Source of the DNA: an uncultured Candidatus Rokubacteria bacterium
Lineage (GTDB): Bacteria > Methylomirabilota > Methylomirabilia > Rokubacteriales > DASRDR01
DNA length: 64,000 nucleotides
Reading direction: 5' to 3'
Assembly (NCBI GenBank): GCA_963805625.1
Contig: CAWDVE010000011.1
Location: forward strand, 1 to 64,000
Positions within the stretch are counted from its first letter, which is position 1; each line of letters opens with the position of its first letter. This document shows, in pieces, positions 22,974 to 32,391 of this stretch. The translations under genes and the position numbers were made by a program. The notes beneath the pieces were generated by a model. It worked only from the letters and a program-made list of their open reading frames with translations, was not told the DNA's origin and did not search any database.

Positions 22974-23149
22974 CGCGCCACCTGACGGGGATTCGCTGAA
23001 CTGAGTCCGCGTAAACCCGCGAAAACAGCGTCGGAAGCGGCTCTGAGCGCACTGATAAGCATCACAATCCTGAAACAGCGCGAGTGCCCTCGAGCGCCCT
23101 CGAGAACCCCCGAGCGCCCATCGCAATGGCAACAAAGTGGCAACGGCCC

Positions 23150-23706
23150 AGCCCGTGACGAGCTGGCTGCGGACGCGGGCTCGCGGTCGCCGGGACGGCT
23201 GCCGTGGGCCACGTTGCTCCGCCGCGTGTTCGCGATCGACGTCCTCGTGTGCCCGCGCTGTGCCAGCCGCGCCGGATCCTGGGCACGGTGACCGAGCCCC
23301 AAGCTGTGCGGCGCCTGCTCGGCGCGCTCGGGCTGGCGGCCCAGCCGCCGCCGGGACGGCCCGGCTCCGCCGCCTGACCTCCCGCGCGTCGATCGCGCCC
23401 CCCCGGCGCCGCCGGTCCCGTCTGCTTGCCCATCTCGCGGACGACGTGCGGGCCGATCTCTCCGCCGATCTCTCCGTCCGCCCGATGCTCCGCGGCGGCC
23501 GTTGCCGGGCGGGCGGGGGCGGCGCTACAGTCTGGGTGCGAGCGGCCAAGCCGAAGCGGGCGATGCGGGGCCAGGGAGACGACGAGAAAGTATCGCTAGC
23601 GTTTCCTACGTTCTCCGCGGCGGCCGAGGGGGCCGGCATGACGGGGGGCGGGCAAGGGGGCCGGGGTAACGGGGCCGAGAAACGTGCCTAGCGCTTCCTA
23701 CGTTCT
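23150..23706 (+). mobile_element. IS91-family 3' remnant with duplicated oriIS-like end
   Basis: PWATLLRRVFAIDVLVCPRC..RILGTVTEPQAVRRLLGALGL; imperfect repeats CGAGAAA...CTAGCG(T/C)TTCCTACGTTCT at 23583-23614 and 23676-23706. Confidence 0.75.
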
Positions 23707-23821
23707 GGGTCGACTCATCCTCCGTGGTAAACGCGACGCTCCCAAACTCCGTGCTTGAAGGCTCTTCTCCCTGAACTCCCTCACGCCCGGCAAGGTAGAC
23801 GACTACCCGGCTGCCGAGCGA

Positions 23822-25318
23822 TCAGCGCTTGCGCTTCGCGACGGGCTTCCTGCTCTTGCGAGCGGCGGGACGGCGGCGCGGCGCCGCCACTAGGCTGGCG
23901 AGCACGGCGCCCACACGCTTTCCCGATGCTTTCCCGAGGTGCTGGCGAACCGTCGCGAGATCGCGGCGGATGGCGCTGGACGCGGTCCGATAGAGTGCGT
24001 CCACGAAACCCAGCGCACGGGTCACGTCGCGATCGCTCACGATGGCGGCGTCGTCTTCGAGCAGCGCCTGCGCCCGCTCGAGCAACCCGGCCGCCTCGCG
24101 CGCGAGCGACTCGTCGGCGAGCACCTTCGTGAGCAGCGGCGTCTGCACGCGCTCGAACAGCGCGATCAGCTTGCGGCCCGCAGTGGTTGTCGCTAGACGC
24201 TGATCCCGTACGTTGCGCACCGCGGCCACCCGGGATCGAGCGAGCGAGGCCCCGATGACCTCGATCGCGCAGACCGACTGCTGCAACAGGGAAAGGATGC
24301 CAGCTTTGGTGTCCCGTTTGATGAGCGTCGGGTCGGCGGGATGGAACGACTCGGCCTCGTTTCCCGTATTCGGACCGGTTTCGAACGCGAATCCGTACGT
24401 CTTTCGAAGACCGGGATTGGCAATGTGCCTGCTGTAGACGTAGTCGGTACTGGTGCCTGTGGCCGCATAGACGATGTCGTGGATCGTCCCGGTCCTGTAG
24501 GTCCGGCCCCGCACCGCCTTGATGTCGTCGGCAATCTGCCTGGCCACCGCTTCGTAGCGCCGCTTGTCCCGTGGCGTCATGTATTCCTGATGGCCGGAGG
24601 GATTCAGCGGCGCACACGTTCCTGTCGCGAGGCTCGTGAAGCGTTTGGTCGGGTCGTTGGTCTGGGTGCGCGTGTGACCCCACGGAAACATCACGAGCTC
24701 GCTGTACGAATGAACGTCCAGGTACACGTTCACGTGATGCGCATCGCAGAAGGCCCTGATGTTCAGCGATTCGGGCTCCGAGAAGCGCGCCGTCCCACAG
24801 TATTGGATGCTGGCGGGGAAGCAGGACGTGTTGGGATTGGTCACGCCCCACACGATGTCGGAGTTGCGGTTGGTGTCCACGCCGTCCTTGTCATCCGGAG
24901 TGTCCGGGTGGTCCCGGCGATTCTTTCGCCATAGGTCGTCGACGGTCTGGCAGTATTCGCGGCCGTCGGGGTTGGCGCACGGCAGCGTCCACACGTCCAG
25001 CGACTCGAGCATCACCCGGATCTCGTCCGCCGACCAGCGCCGGTTGCCGAACCTGAGGCCCGTCTCGTTCAGGTAGGCCTGCACCAGGCCAAGCTGAAGC
25101 TCGACGATCGCATCCGGATTCATCAGCTCGCGGGCGTGCATGCCTCCGACGATCAGGACGGCGCGCCGGTTTGTGGCGGTGCCCGCATGAATCCTGAGCG
25201 CGAAAATGGGCCGGCCCAGCACCGAGCGGTGCGGCAACTCTTCTCTCGTACAGATGTCCGGGAAGAAAGTCGCCAGAAACTGCATCACCGAGTCCAGCTG
25301 TGCGACCGTGCGATACAT
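23822..25318 (-). CDS. M14 zinc carboxypeptidase with C-terminal extension
   Basis: GGMHARE, NPDG, WRKNR, GVDTNRN, DVHSYS. Confidence 0.9.
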   Translation of the reverse strand: MYRTVAQLDSVMQFLATFFPDICTREELPHRSVLGRPIFALRIHAGTATNRRAVLIVGGMHARELMNPDAIVELQLGLVQAYLNETGLRFGNRRWSADEIRVMLESLDVWTLPCANPDGREYCQTVDDLWRKNRRDHPDTPDDKDGVDTNRNSDIVWGVTNPNTSCFPASIQYCGTARFSEPESLNIRAFCDAHHVNVYLDVHSYSELVMFPWGHTRTQTNDPTKRFTSLATGTCAPLNPSGHQEYMTPRDKRRYEAVARQIADDIKAVRGRTYRTGTIHDIVYAATGTSTDYVYSRHIANPGLRKTYGFAFETGPNTGNEAESFHPADPTLIKRDTKAGILSLLQQSVCAIEVIGASLARSRVAAVRNVRDQRLATTTAGRKLIALFERVQTPLLTKVLADESLAREAAGLLERAQALLEDDAAIVSDRDVTRALGFVDALYRTASSAIRRDLATVRQHLGKASGKRVGAVLASLVAAPRRRPAARKSRKPVAKRKR

Positions 25319-25342
25319 CAGGCGTCCTCTCGTGCGCGTACG

Positions 25343-25717
25343 TTACTGGCCGGACCGTTTGATCTTCGTCAGTTCGGCGTCGATCCAGCGTCGAAAGGAT
25401 TCGTCGGTTTCGATCAGCGAGGGGTCGAGCGGTTGGATGGGATGTGCGTAGGTGAGATGGAGCTCGAGTCCGTGCTCGAGCACACGCACGCAGTCGTCCG
25501 CGGTGAGCAGGGCTCGAATGGTGCCTCTGGTATCGGGCAGGCGGTCGATCGCCAGCCGCGTGAGCAGATCGTCCGTCAGGGCCTCGCGTCCCGCGTGGAT
25601 CGTCGCCTGGAAGCGGACCGCCCCGCCCGACGTTTCACGAGTCGGCGTGGACGCGTCTCGTGGCCCCTGTCCCAGGCGTTTCGTACTTCGCCGAATCTTG
25701 CTTTTCCGGGCGGCCAT
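25343..25717 (-). CDS. Hypothetical protein upstream of M14 peptidase (possible separate pro-domain)
   Basis: ATG with GGAGG RBS; directly precedes the peptidase. Confidence 0.6.
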   Translation of the reverse strand: MAARKSKIRRSTKRLGQGPRDASTPTRETSGGAVRFQATIHAGREALTDDLLTRLAIDRLPDTRGTIRALLTADDCVRVLEHGLELHLTYAHPIQPLDPSLIETDESFRRWIDAELTKIKRSGQ

Positions 25718-25748
25718 ATTGTTGCGCCTCCGAGGCCGTGCTGCGTGC

Positions 25749-26072
25749 TTACGCGAGGTGGGCGCGGATCTGGCGGTTGAGCCGGTGACGCTCGCGCCTG
25801 ATCCGGTGCAGCGCATCGCTGTCGTGCGCGACCAACGCTTCATCCCGCTGTTTCTTGAGATCTCGCATCTGCTGCTTGATGGCCGGCTTGTCGATGCCCG
25901 TGGCCATGTGGTGGTCCATCGTATCGATGCCGAGCGCCTTGCAGATGGCCGGCAGCAGGTGGTCCTTGTTCATCTGCGAGTACCCCTGCACGGCCTCGTG
26001 CTGGAGCCCCTTCGCCATGTCGCGCAGCTGCGCGACTGTCATCAGCTTCAAGTCATGGTACGTCGGCGCCAT
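25749..26072 (-). CDS. Rho-N-terminal-like small helical protein
   Basis: DLKLMTVAQLRDMAK...GYSQMNKDHLL; GGAGG RBS. Confidence 0.7.
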   Translation of the reverse strand: MAPTYHDLKLMTVAQLRDMAKGLQHEAVQGYSQMNKDHLLPAICKALGIDTMDHHMATGIDKPAIKQQMRDLKKQRDEALVAHDSDALHRIRRERHRLNRQIRAHLA

Positions 26073-26189
26073 CTGAACCTCCGATAAGCCGGATTCTAGC
26101 GAATGCAATCCCCGTCGTCCACAGTCGATTCGACGAGCGCAGAACGCTCGGATTGGCCTCGTTCGTGCCTTGTTGAGGCGGCGAAGGAG

Positions 26190-26397
26190 TGCCAAACGCC
26201 TTCAGGTCAGCCCCGGCGCAAAACGTGCCCCCGGCCCCCGTCAGGACAGCCACGCTCAGCGTGTCGTCGCGGTCGTACGCCTCGAACGCATGGAGGAGCG
26301 CCTCCGCCGTCGGGACGTCGACGGCGTTCCGGACCTCGGGCCGGTCGATGGTGACCACCAGGACGCTGCCGTCTCGCTCGATCCGCACGGTGCTCAC
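26190..26397 (-). pseudogene. Enoyl-CoA hydratase N-terminal fragment
   Basis: VTIDRPEVRNAVD...VLTGAGGTFCAGADLK, then homology is lost. Confidence 0.85.
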
Positions 26398-26512
26398 TGG
26401 CTTGCCCCCGGTAGGAGAAGTGGGGTGGAGAGGCTGAGCCTGTGTCCCATGGTAGTGTCCCCGGTTTGGTGGAAAATGCCGGGGCAAGCTCCCGGGTTCC
26501 TCAGCGTGCTCA

Positions 26513-27481
26513 CTACTCGATAACCTCGTCTGCCCGCGCCAGCACCGCCGGCGGGATCGTGAGGCCGAGGGCCTTCGCGGTCCTAAGGTTGATGATCAGG
26601 GCGACCTTGGTCGGACGCTCGACCGGAAGGTCTCCGGCGTTCGCTCCCTTCAGCACCTTGTCCACTAACCGAGCCACCTCACGGGCGATGTCGGCATCAT
26701 TCACGCCGTAGGTGATCAAGGCATCCTGGGTGCTCCCGGTGCGCGCGTGGAGGATCGTGGGGCGGCGCTTGGCGTTCGCTGCGCGGATCATCGCCGCGTA
26801 GTGGCTCGATGGCGCCCCACCGGGGACCTCCAGCAGCGCGTCGACCTGCTCAAGCTCGGTCAGAGCACGGGTAACGTCCTCCTCATTCCGCACCTCGCGC
26901 TCCACCAAGATGAGGTGGAGTTTGGCGGCGGCCTCGCGGGCGGCCGCGGCACCCTGTCGAGGCGAGGCGTCCCGGGGGTCGTACAGCATCAAGACTCGAC
27001 GGGCCCGCGGCACAATCTCCGTCAGGAGCTCGAGCCGCTTGCCTGAGAGCTCGGGGTACTCGAACGTCATGGCGGTCATGTTTCTGCCCGGACGGGCGAG
27101 GCTCGCCACCAAACCGGCCGCCACGGGATCACCCGGTGTGATAAACACGATCGGAACCGTTGGCGCCGCCTCTCGAGCGACGCGGGCTAAAACGGACCCG
27201 ACGGCAAGGATGACCCCGACGCGCCGGCTCATGAACGCTTGGACGGCCGCCCGTGCCGCCGGGGAATCCCCGCGGGGCACCCGGCCCTCCAACACCTCGA
27301 AGGCATCGTCTCGATAGCCCTGCTCCCGAAGGCCACGCTTCAGATTGGATGCGATCTCTGAGAAGCGAGGCTCTTCGTCGGGGCCCAGAAGGCCGACACG
27401 GACCAACTGGGTCTCGGCCTCGACGGCGAGCGGTGTCGCGAGGAGAGCGATGGTGCCAGCGAAGAGCGCCCGCCTGTCCAC
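26513..27481 (-). CDS. ABC transporter substrate-binding protein (PF04392-like)
   Basis: [50 protein letters not shown]. Confidence 0.92.
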   Translation of the reverse strand: MDRRALFAGTIALLATPLAVEAETQLVRVGLLGPDEEPRFSEIASNLKRGLREQGYRDDAFEVLEGRVPRGDSPAARAAVQAFMSRRVGVILAVGSVLARVAREAAPTVPIVFITPGDPVAAGLVASLARPGRNMTAMTFEYPELSGKRLELLTEIVPRARRVLMLYDPRDASPRQGAAAAREAAAKLHLILVEREVRNEEDVTRALTELEQVDALLEVPGGAPSSHYAAMIRAANAKRRPTILHARTGSTQDALITYGVNDADIAREVARLVDKVLKGANAGDLPVERPTKVALIINLRTAKALGLTIPPAVLARADEVIE

Positions 27482-28470
27482 TATTGGATCACTTCATCCG
27501 CCCGCGCGAGCACCGCCGGCGGGATCGTGAGGCCGATCGTTTTCGCCGTCCTGAGGTTGATCACCAACTCTAGCTGCCCCGCACGCTCCACGGGTAGCTC
27601 GGAAGGTTTGGCGCCCTTCAGGATCTTGTCGACGTAGGCCGCGGTGCGCTGGTAGAGGGCGAAGACATTCGAGCCGTACACCATAAGGCCGCCCGCATCG
27701 ACGAATTCGCGGCTCGCGTACATGGCGGGGAGTCGATGCTCGGCGGCGAGCACGATGATCCGCGGGCGGAGCGTGTTCGTCAGCGGATCCCGGATCACGA
27801 TGAGTCCTTGGGCACGATCTCGGACCGCGGCATCGAACAAACCGGCGAGCTGACCCGCGTTGGTCACGTCCAACGCGTGCAGCTGAAGACCGAGGGCGCG
27901 CGCGGCGGCGGTCGTCTCGGACCAAAGGGTTTGGCGATCCGGACTGGCGGGGTTTCGCAGCACCGCCACTCGAGACATTCCGGGCACCGCTTCCTTGAGC
28001 AGCTCCATCCGCTTCGCGGTGACGTCCGGCGACAGACCGGCCAAGCCGATCACGTTGCCCCCGGGGTGCGCATAGCTGGTGACGTAGCCGGCGTCCACCG
28101 GGTCGGCATTGTCCGCGACCATCACGATGGGGATGGTCGTCGTCGCCTGCATCGCCGGCCGGCTTGATGCCGACCCTGCGGTGACGATGACGTCCACACC
28201 GAGACGGACGAGCTCGGCCGCAAGCGCGAACAGGTCAGCCTCCGTCCTCGCCTCTCGGTATTCGATGACGAATGTCTGACCCTCGACGTAGCCGCGCTCG
28301 CGCATCCCCTGGCGGAATGCGTCGATCATTGCCTGGGCTATGGGAATCTCAGCGGGAGCGATCTCTAGGTAACCTATCCGGGGCACGTTCCTCGCCTGCT
28401 GCGCCTCGGCAAAGAACGGTGCGGCGAGGACGGCCAGAATTGCCAGGGCGGCGAGCCGTATATACGCCAT
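27481..28470 (-). CDS. ABC transporter substrate-binding protein (PF04392-like)
   Basis: Same family motifs; signal peptide from ATG 28470. Confidence 0.92.
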   Translation of the reverse strand: MAYIRLAALAILAVLAAPFFAEAQQARNVPRIGYLEIAPAEIPIAQAMIDAFRQGMRERGYVEGQTFVIEYREARTEADLFALAAELVRLGVDVIVTAGSASSRPAMQATTTIPIVMVADNADPVDAGYVTSYAHPGGNVIGLAGLSPDVTAKRMELLKEAVPGMSRVAVLRNPASPDRQTLWSETTAAARALGLQLHALDVTNAGQLAGLFDAAVRDRAQGLIVIRDPLTNTLRPRIIVLAAEHRLPAMYASREFVDAGGLMVYGSNVFALYQRTAAYVDKILKGAKPSELPVERAGQLELVINLRTAKTIGLTIPPAVLARADEVIQ

Positions 28471-28769
28471 GCAGCCTCCCATGGCTTCGGGCACCAGATG
28501 CGGCGGCCATTCCAGGGGGAACGCCTCCCCGACCCTACCAAGAGCCCGCCCCAGGCGCCAGACGGGCGCCCCGGTCCTGGTGGGACGCCCGTCCGGGCCA
28601 TGCCCGGCAAGCAAATTGCCCCACCACATTGGGCAATGGGGTGCACTCCGGTCGACGTACGCGCGTGGCCATCCGCTGGCGACGCCTGTATGCGCGCGTA
28701 CTTCGGAAAGCCCGACCGGTCAGCCTCGCCTGGTCCGGTACTTGCTCCGTCTTGTCCAGAGGAGCTCGC

Positions 28770-28991
28770 ATGAGCACGCTGACGTGCTTCGATGCCGATC
28801 CTGACCTGCGCACCATGGTTCAGCGCATTGCCGATTGCGCCCGACACCAAGGCGGTCACCAGACCTCCGACTACCTTGCTCGCAAGCTCGCCCGCCTCCA
28901 TGACGACGCAGTGGGGGCTCGTGATGCGGAGTCCGAGCGGGCGGCCGCAGATTCTCGACATGGATCCCGAGACACACTCTCTGGAGACTGA
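28770..28991 (+). CDS. Small hypothetical protein
   Basis: GAGGAG RBS before ATG; no recognised domain. Confidence 0.4.
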   Translation: MSTLTCFDADPDLRTMVQRIADCARHQGGHQTSDYLARKLARLHDDAVGARDAESERAAADSRHGSRDTLSGD

Positions 28992-29183
28992 GGGCTCCAC
29001 CCCAACCCACCGCCGAGACACGGGCGGCCGGATTCTTCTCCCGACCGGATGGCGGCTCCTCTGGGCGCCGGCGTGGTGGGCGGTGTGGCGGGCGATGGCA
29101 TGGGACGAGCTGTCGGGCGAGAGGAGCAGCGAGAGCACGGAAAGGTCCGCCCGGCGCCTAGCCCAAGCGGAAGGAGAATTCCC

Positions 29184-29471
29184 ATGACGACCGAAGCCAA
29201 GACCAAGGCCCTCCTCAATGCGATGGAGCGCCGGCTCATCGACATCTCGGCGCAACAGCACGCGCTCGCCGTGGAGAAAGCCCGCCTCCTGGAGCAGCTC
29301 ACGCCGTTGCGGCTGGGGATCGTGGCGCCGGAGACCGCCGTGGTCCAGCTCAAGGCCAAAGGTGTCACGCTCCGAGGACTGACGGCCGCGCGGTCCACCG
29401 CCCGACCCCCGCGGCCCGCGGTGCTGAAGGCGGTCGCCCCCCTCCGCCCCGCGGTGTCGCTCGCCCGCTGA
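29184..29471 (+). CDS. Small coiled-coil hypothetical protein
   Basis: AAGGAG RBS; high-GC codon usage; helical sequence. Confidence 0.6.
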   Translation: MTTEAKTKALLNAMERRLIDISAQQHALAVEKARLLEQLTPLRLGIVAPETAVVQLKAKGVTLRGLTAARSTARPPRPAVLKAVAPLRPAVSLAR

Positions 29472-29638
29472 CCTGTTCCGAGATGGGCACCGAGGCGGAA
29501 TCCTCAGCCAATTCTCAGATTCCTCCGTCAGGATGCCGGTGGGAGGGGGCTTCCGGAGACGACTCACCAGGAAGTGAGGCACGTGAGCTTGGATGTCCGA
29601 CAGCCCGAGACGAGGGGAAAGGAATGGGAGGAATAGCC

Positions 29639-30361
29639 ATGGCGAAATACACGCGCCTACGGTCCGTCTTTCTGCTGGGAGCGCTCGCGCTCGGCCTCGG
29701 GGCTGCCGACCGAGCCAACAGCGCCAAAAATCCGATCCCATTCGACATCGCGATGGTGTTTTTGGAGCTAAACAACGGGACAGGCGATCCAGTGGATTTG
29801 GGGTTTCACATCAAGGCCGACGGGGAATCCTGGAGATTTCTCAAGATTAGTGGCCCGGGCGGTCTCAAGGTCCTCGACCTCCAGAACAAACAGTCTATGA
29901 GACAGACCGGAGGCTCCGAGTTTTTCCTGGAGGGCGCGGAGCCGGAGATCAGCGAGGTCCCGATCGCGGAGACCCTGGCCAAGTTCCCGGCGGGGATCTA
30001 TTCATTCGTGGGCCAGACGGTGGACGGCGAGCACATGCAGAGCAACGCGACACTCACGCACGTGGTGCCGGCTGGGCCTGAGATTGTCGGCGTAAGCGTC
30101 GGCCCACCCTTCGTCATCACGTGGAATGGGGTGACAACCCGACACCCCGACTTTCCGAATCCGACTGGACCGATCACGATGTTCGCCTACCAGGTCATCG
30201 TGGGCTCGTTTCAGGTCACCCTCCCGCACACGGGGCCCGGCCCGTATACAGTGACGCTTCCGCCCCAATTTGTTGCAACCCTCGGTCCACAGGAGCCGTT
30301 CGAGGTGCTGGCGATAGAACAAGGGGGGAATCAAACAATCACTGAAGGCACGCTTCCGTAA
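29639..30361 (+). CDS. Secreted hypothetical protein (beta-rich), paralogue of 41339-42028
   Basis: Signal peptide; shared motifs LGFH, EGAEP, H.VPAGP, FEVLAI...GNQTITEG. Confidence 0.8.
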   Translation: MAKYTRLRSVFLLGALALGLGAADRANSAKNPIPFDIAMVFLELNNGTGDPVDLGFHIKADGESWRFLKISGPGGLKVLDLQNKQSMRQTGGSEFFLEGAEPEISEVPIAETLAKFPAGIYSFVGQTVDGEHMQSNATLTHVVPAGPEIVGVSVGPPFVITWNGVTTRHPDFPNPTGPITMFAYQVIVGSFQVTLPHTGPGPYTVTLPPQFVATLGPQEPFEVLAIEQGGNQTITEGTLP

Positions 30362-30484
30362 CGCGCGAACGCGACCTGCGGGGGATGATCCGACGGGCCG
30401 CGCCGGACCGGTGCGATTGACCACAGGTCCAGCCGGCGAGCGTGGGGCGCCGTCGGCCGTAGGCGTCGAGCCAGGAGCGCGGGG

Positions 30485-31411
30485 TCATGGGCGTCGACTG
30501 CGTCGGGTGGCATTGCGCCGACCGCTCACCACCCAGGCGCATCCTGGCAACCTCACCAGTCTGCCATCCAGATAAGGCCGGATCCCGCGACTCAGGCGAC
30601 GGCGCAGGGCTTCGCGCTGGCGACGCGTGAGGGTATCGTAGAGATCCCTCATCGGCCCCGGTACCCTGAAGGTGATCTCGAAATACTCGTCCAGGCCACC
30701 GAGGACGATCGGCACGTGCGCCTCGCGCGCGCGCACGCTCTGGAAGCCCGCCTTCCGCAGCAAGCGAGCCATCAACCCGGGCCGAGCCAGCCGCAGCGCA
30801 CCCGGGGAGCGCTCGGGATCGGGAGGCGGTGCCTTCAGGAACGGCTGCGCCGCCGCCGCGCGCACCTGGAAGAACGGGTTGCGCTCGATCGGTCCCCACA
30901 CGGCCAACGCGATCCGCCCGCCGGGCTTGAGCGCGTGCCGCAGACGCTCGAGGGTGAGCGGGACGTCGTCCACGAACATCAGTCCATAGCGGGCCACCAC
31001 GCGGTCGAATCGTCCGGGCAGGCGACTGCGCGCGACATCGCCACGGGAAAAGCGGACGTTGGCGGCACGGCGTAGCCGGGCGCGCTTTCGCGCGATCGCC
31101 AGCATGGGCGCCGAGAGGTCCACGCCGACCACCTGGCCGGGAGCCACCAGCGGCGCGATCGCAAGCGTCGGTTCGCCCGAACCGCAGGCGAAGTCGAGCA
31201 CCCGGTGTCCAGGCCCGAGCTCGAGGGCGCGGATCAGGTGAGGGTCCACCGCAGCCAGCGAATAGAGCAGCTGCGGCTCCCAACTCTCCCACGCCTCGGC
31301 CGCAGTCGCCCAGTCGCGGCGTACTTGACTCACCCACGCCCGCCCTTTCAACAATCTCGCATCCCCGTCTCCCCGGAGCGAGCGCGCCTGCGGGGCTCGG
31401 CGCCCAGTCAC
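30485..31411 (-). CDS. Class I SAM-dependent methyltransferase
   Basis: VLDFACGSG, GVDLS..ML, LKPGGR. Confidence 0.88.
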   Translation of the reverse strand: MTGRRAPQARSLRGDGDARLLKGRAWVSQVRRDWATAAEAWESWEPQLLYSLAAVDPHLIRALELGPGHRVLDFACGSGEPTLAIAPLVAPGQVVGVDLSAPMLAIARKRARLRRAANVRFSRGDVARSRLPGRFDRVVARYGLMFVDDVPLTLERLRHALKPGGRIALAVWGPIERNPFFQVRAAAAQPFLKAPPPDPERSPGALRLARPGLMARLLRKAGFQSVRAREAHVPIVLGGLDEYFEITFRVPGPMRDLYDTLTRRQREALRRRLSRGIRPYLDGRLVRLPGCAWVVSGRRNATRRSRRP

Positions 31412-32391
31412 TGTATGATCTCGTCCGCCCGCGCGAGCACCGCCGGCGGGATCGTCAGCCCAATCTGCTTCGCCGCCTTCAGATTGATGATGAACTCGAA
31501 CTTCGTCGGCTGTTCGACGGGGAGGTCGCCGGGCTTCGCTCCTTTCAGGATCTTATCGACGAACGTGGCCGCGCGCTGGAAGAGATCCTTCACGTCTGCA
31601 CCATAGGACATGAGCCCACCTGCCTCCGCGTACTCGCGCCCGTCGACCATTGACGGCAGTCGGTTGCTGAGCGCCATCCCGGCGATCTGTGCACGATACG
31701 TCAACGTCAGCGGGTTGTTCAGCACAACCAGACCCTGGGCTCGTCCTCTGCTGGCCGCGCCGAAAGCGCCCTCTAGGTTAGGATGAGGGGCCCGCACCTC
31801 CAGGGATTGAAGCTGCAGTCCCAGCGCTGGCGCGATAGCTTCCGCCTCTTTGAATTCGAGGCGCTTGGACGGGCCCTCCGAATCCCAGAGCACGGCCACC
31901 CGCACGAGCGACGGGACGGCTTGCTTGAGCAGCTCCAGCCGCTTTCCCACGAGATCGGGAGAGAACGCCGTCAACCCCGTCACGTTACCGCCAGGACGCG
32001 CCAGGCTGGCGACCAGGCCGGTCCCGACCGGATCACCGCTGGTCATCACGATGGGAATGGTAGGGGTTGCTCTCTTGGCCGGCAGCGCCGCGAGCGTACT
32101 GAGCGCCACGATCACATCAACCTTGAGACGGACCAGCTCGCCGGCCAGCTCAGGAAGCCGGTCACGCTTCCCGTCAGCATAGCGGTACTCGATGACGATG
32201 TTCTTGCCTTCGGTATAGCCGAGATCACGCAAGCCCTGGCGGAATGCCTCCACGCGAGGCGAAGGGCCCGAATCGGGCCACAATACCCCGACCTGTGGGA
32301 TCCTCCGCGCCGGCTGCGCCTGGACCACAAGCGGCGCGGCGAGGAGGCTGAGGGTACCCACAATGAACGCTCGTCGTTCCACGCGCGTCAT
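31408..32391 (-). CDS. ABC transporter substrate-binding protein (PF04392-like)
   Basis: Family motifs; ATGA overlap with the cyclase stop. Confidence 0.92.
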   Translation of the reverse strand: MTRVERRAFIVGTLSLLAAPLVVQAQPARRIPQVGVLWPDSGPSPRVEAFRQGLRDLGYTEGKNIVIEYRYADGKRDRLPELAGELVRLKVDVIVALSTLAALPAKRATPTIPIVMTSGDPVGTGLVASLARPGGNVTGLTAFSPDLVGKRLELLKQAVPSLVRVAVLWDSEGPSKRLEFKEAEAIAPALGLQLQSLEVRAPHPNLEGAFGAASRGRAQGLVVLNNPLTLTYRAQIAGMALSNRLPSMVDGREYAEAGGLMSYGADVKDLFQRAATFVDKILKGAKPGDLPVEQPTKFEFIINLKAAKQIGLTIPPAVLARADEIIQ

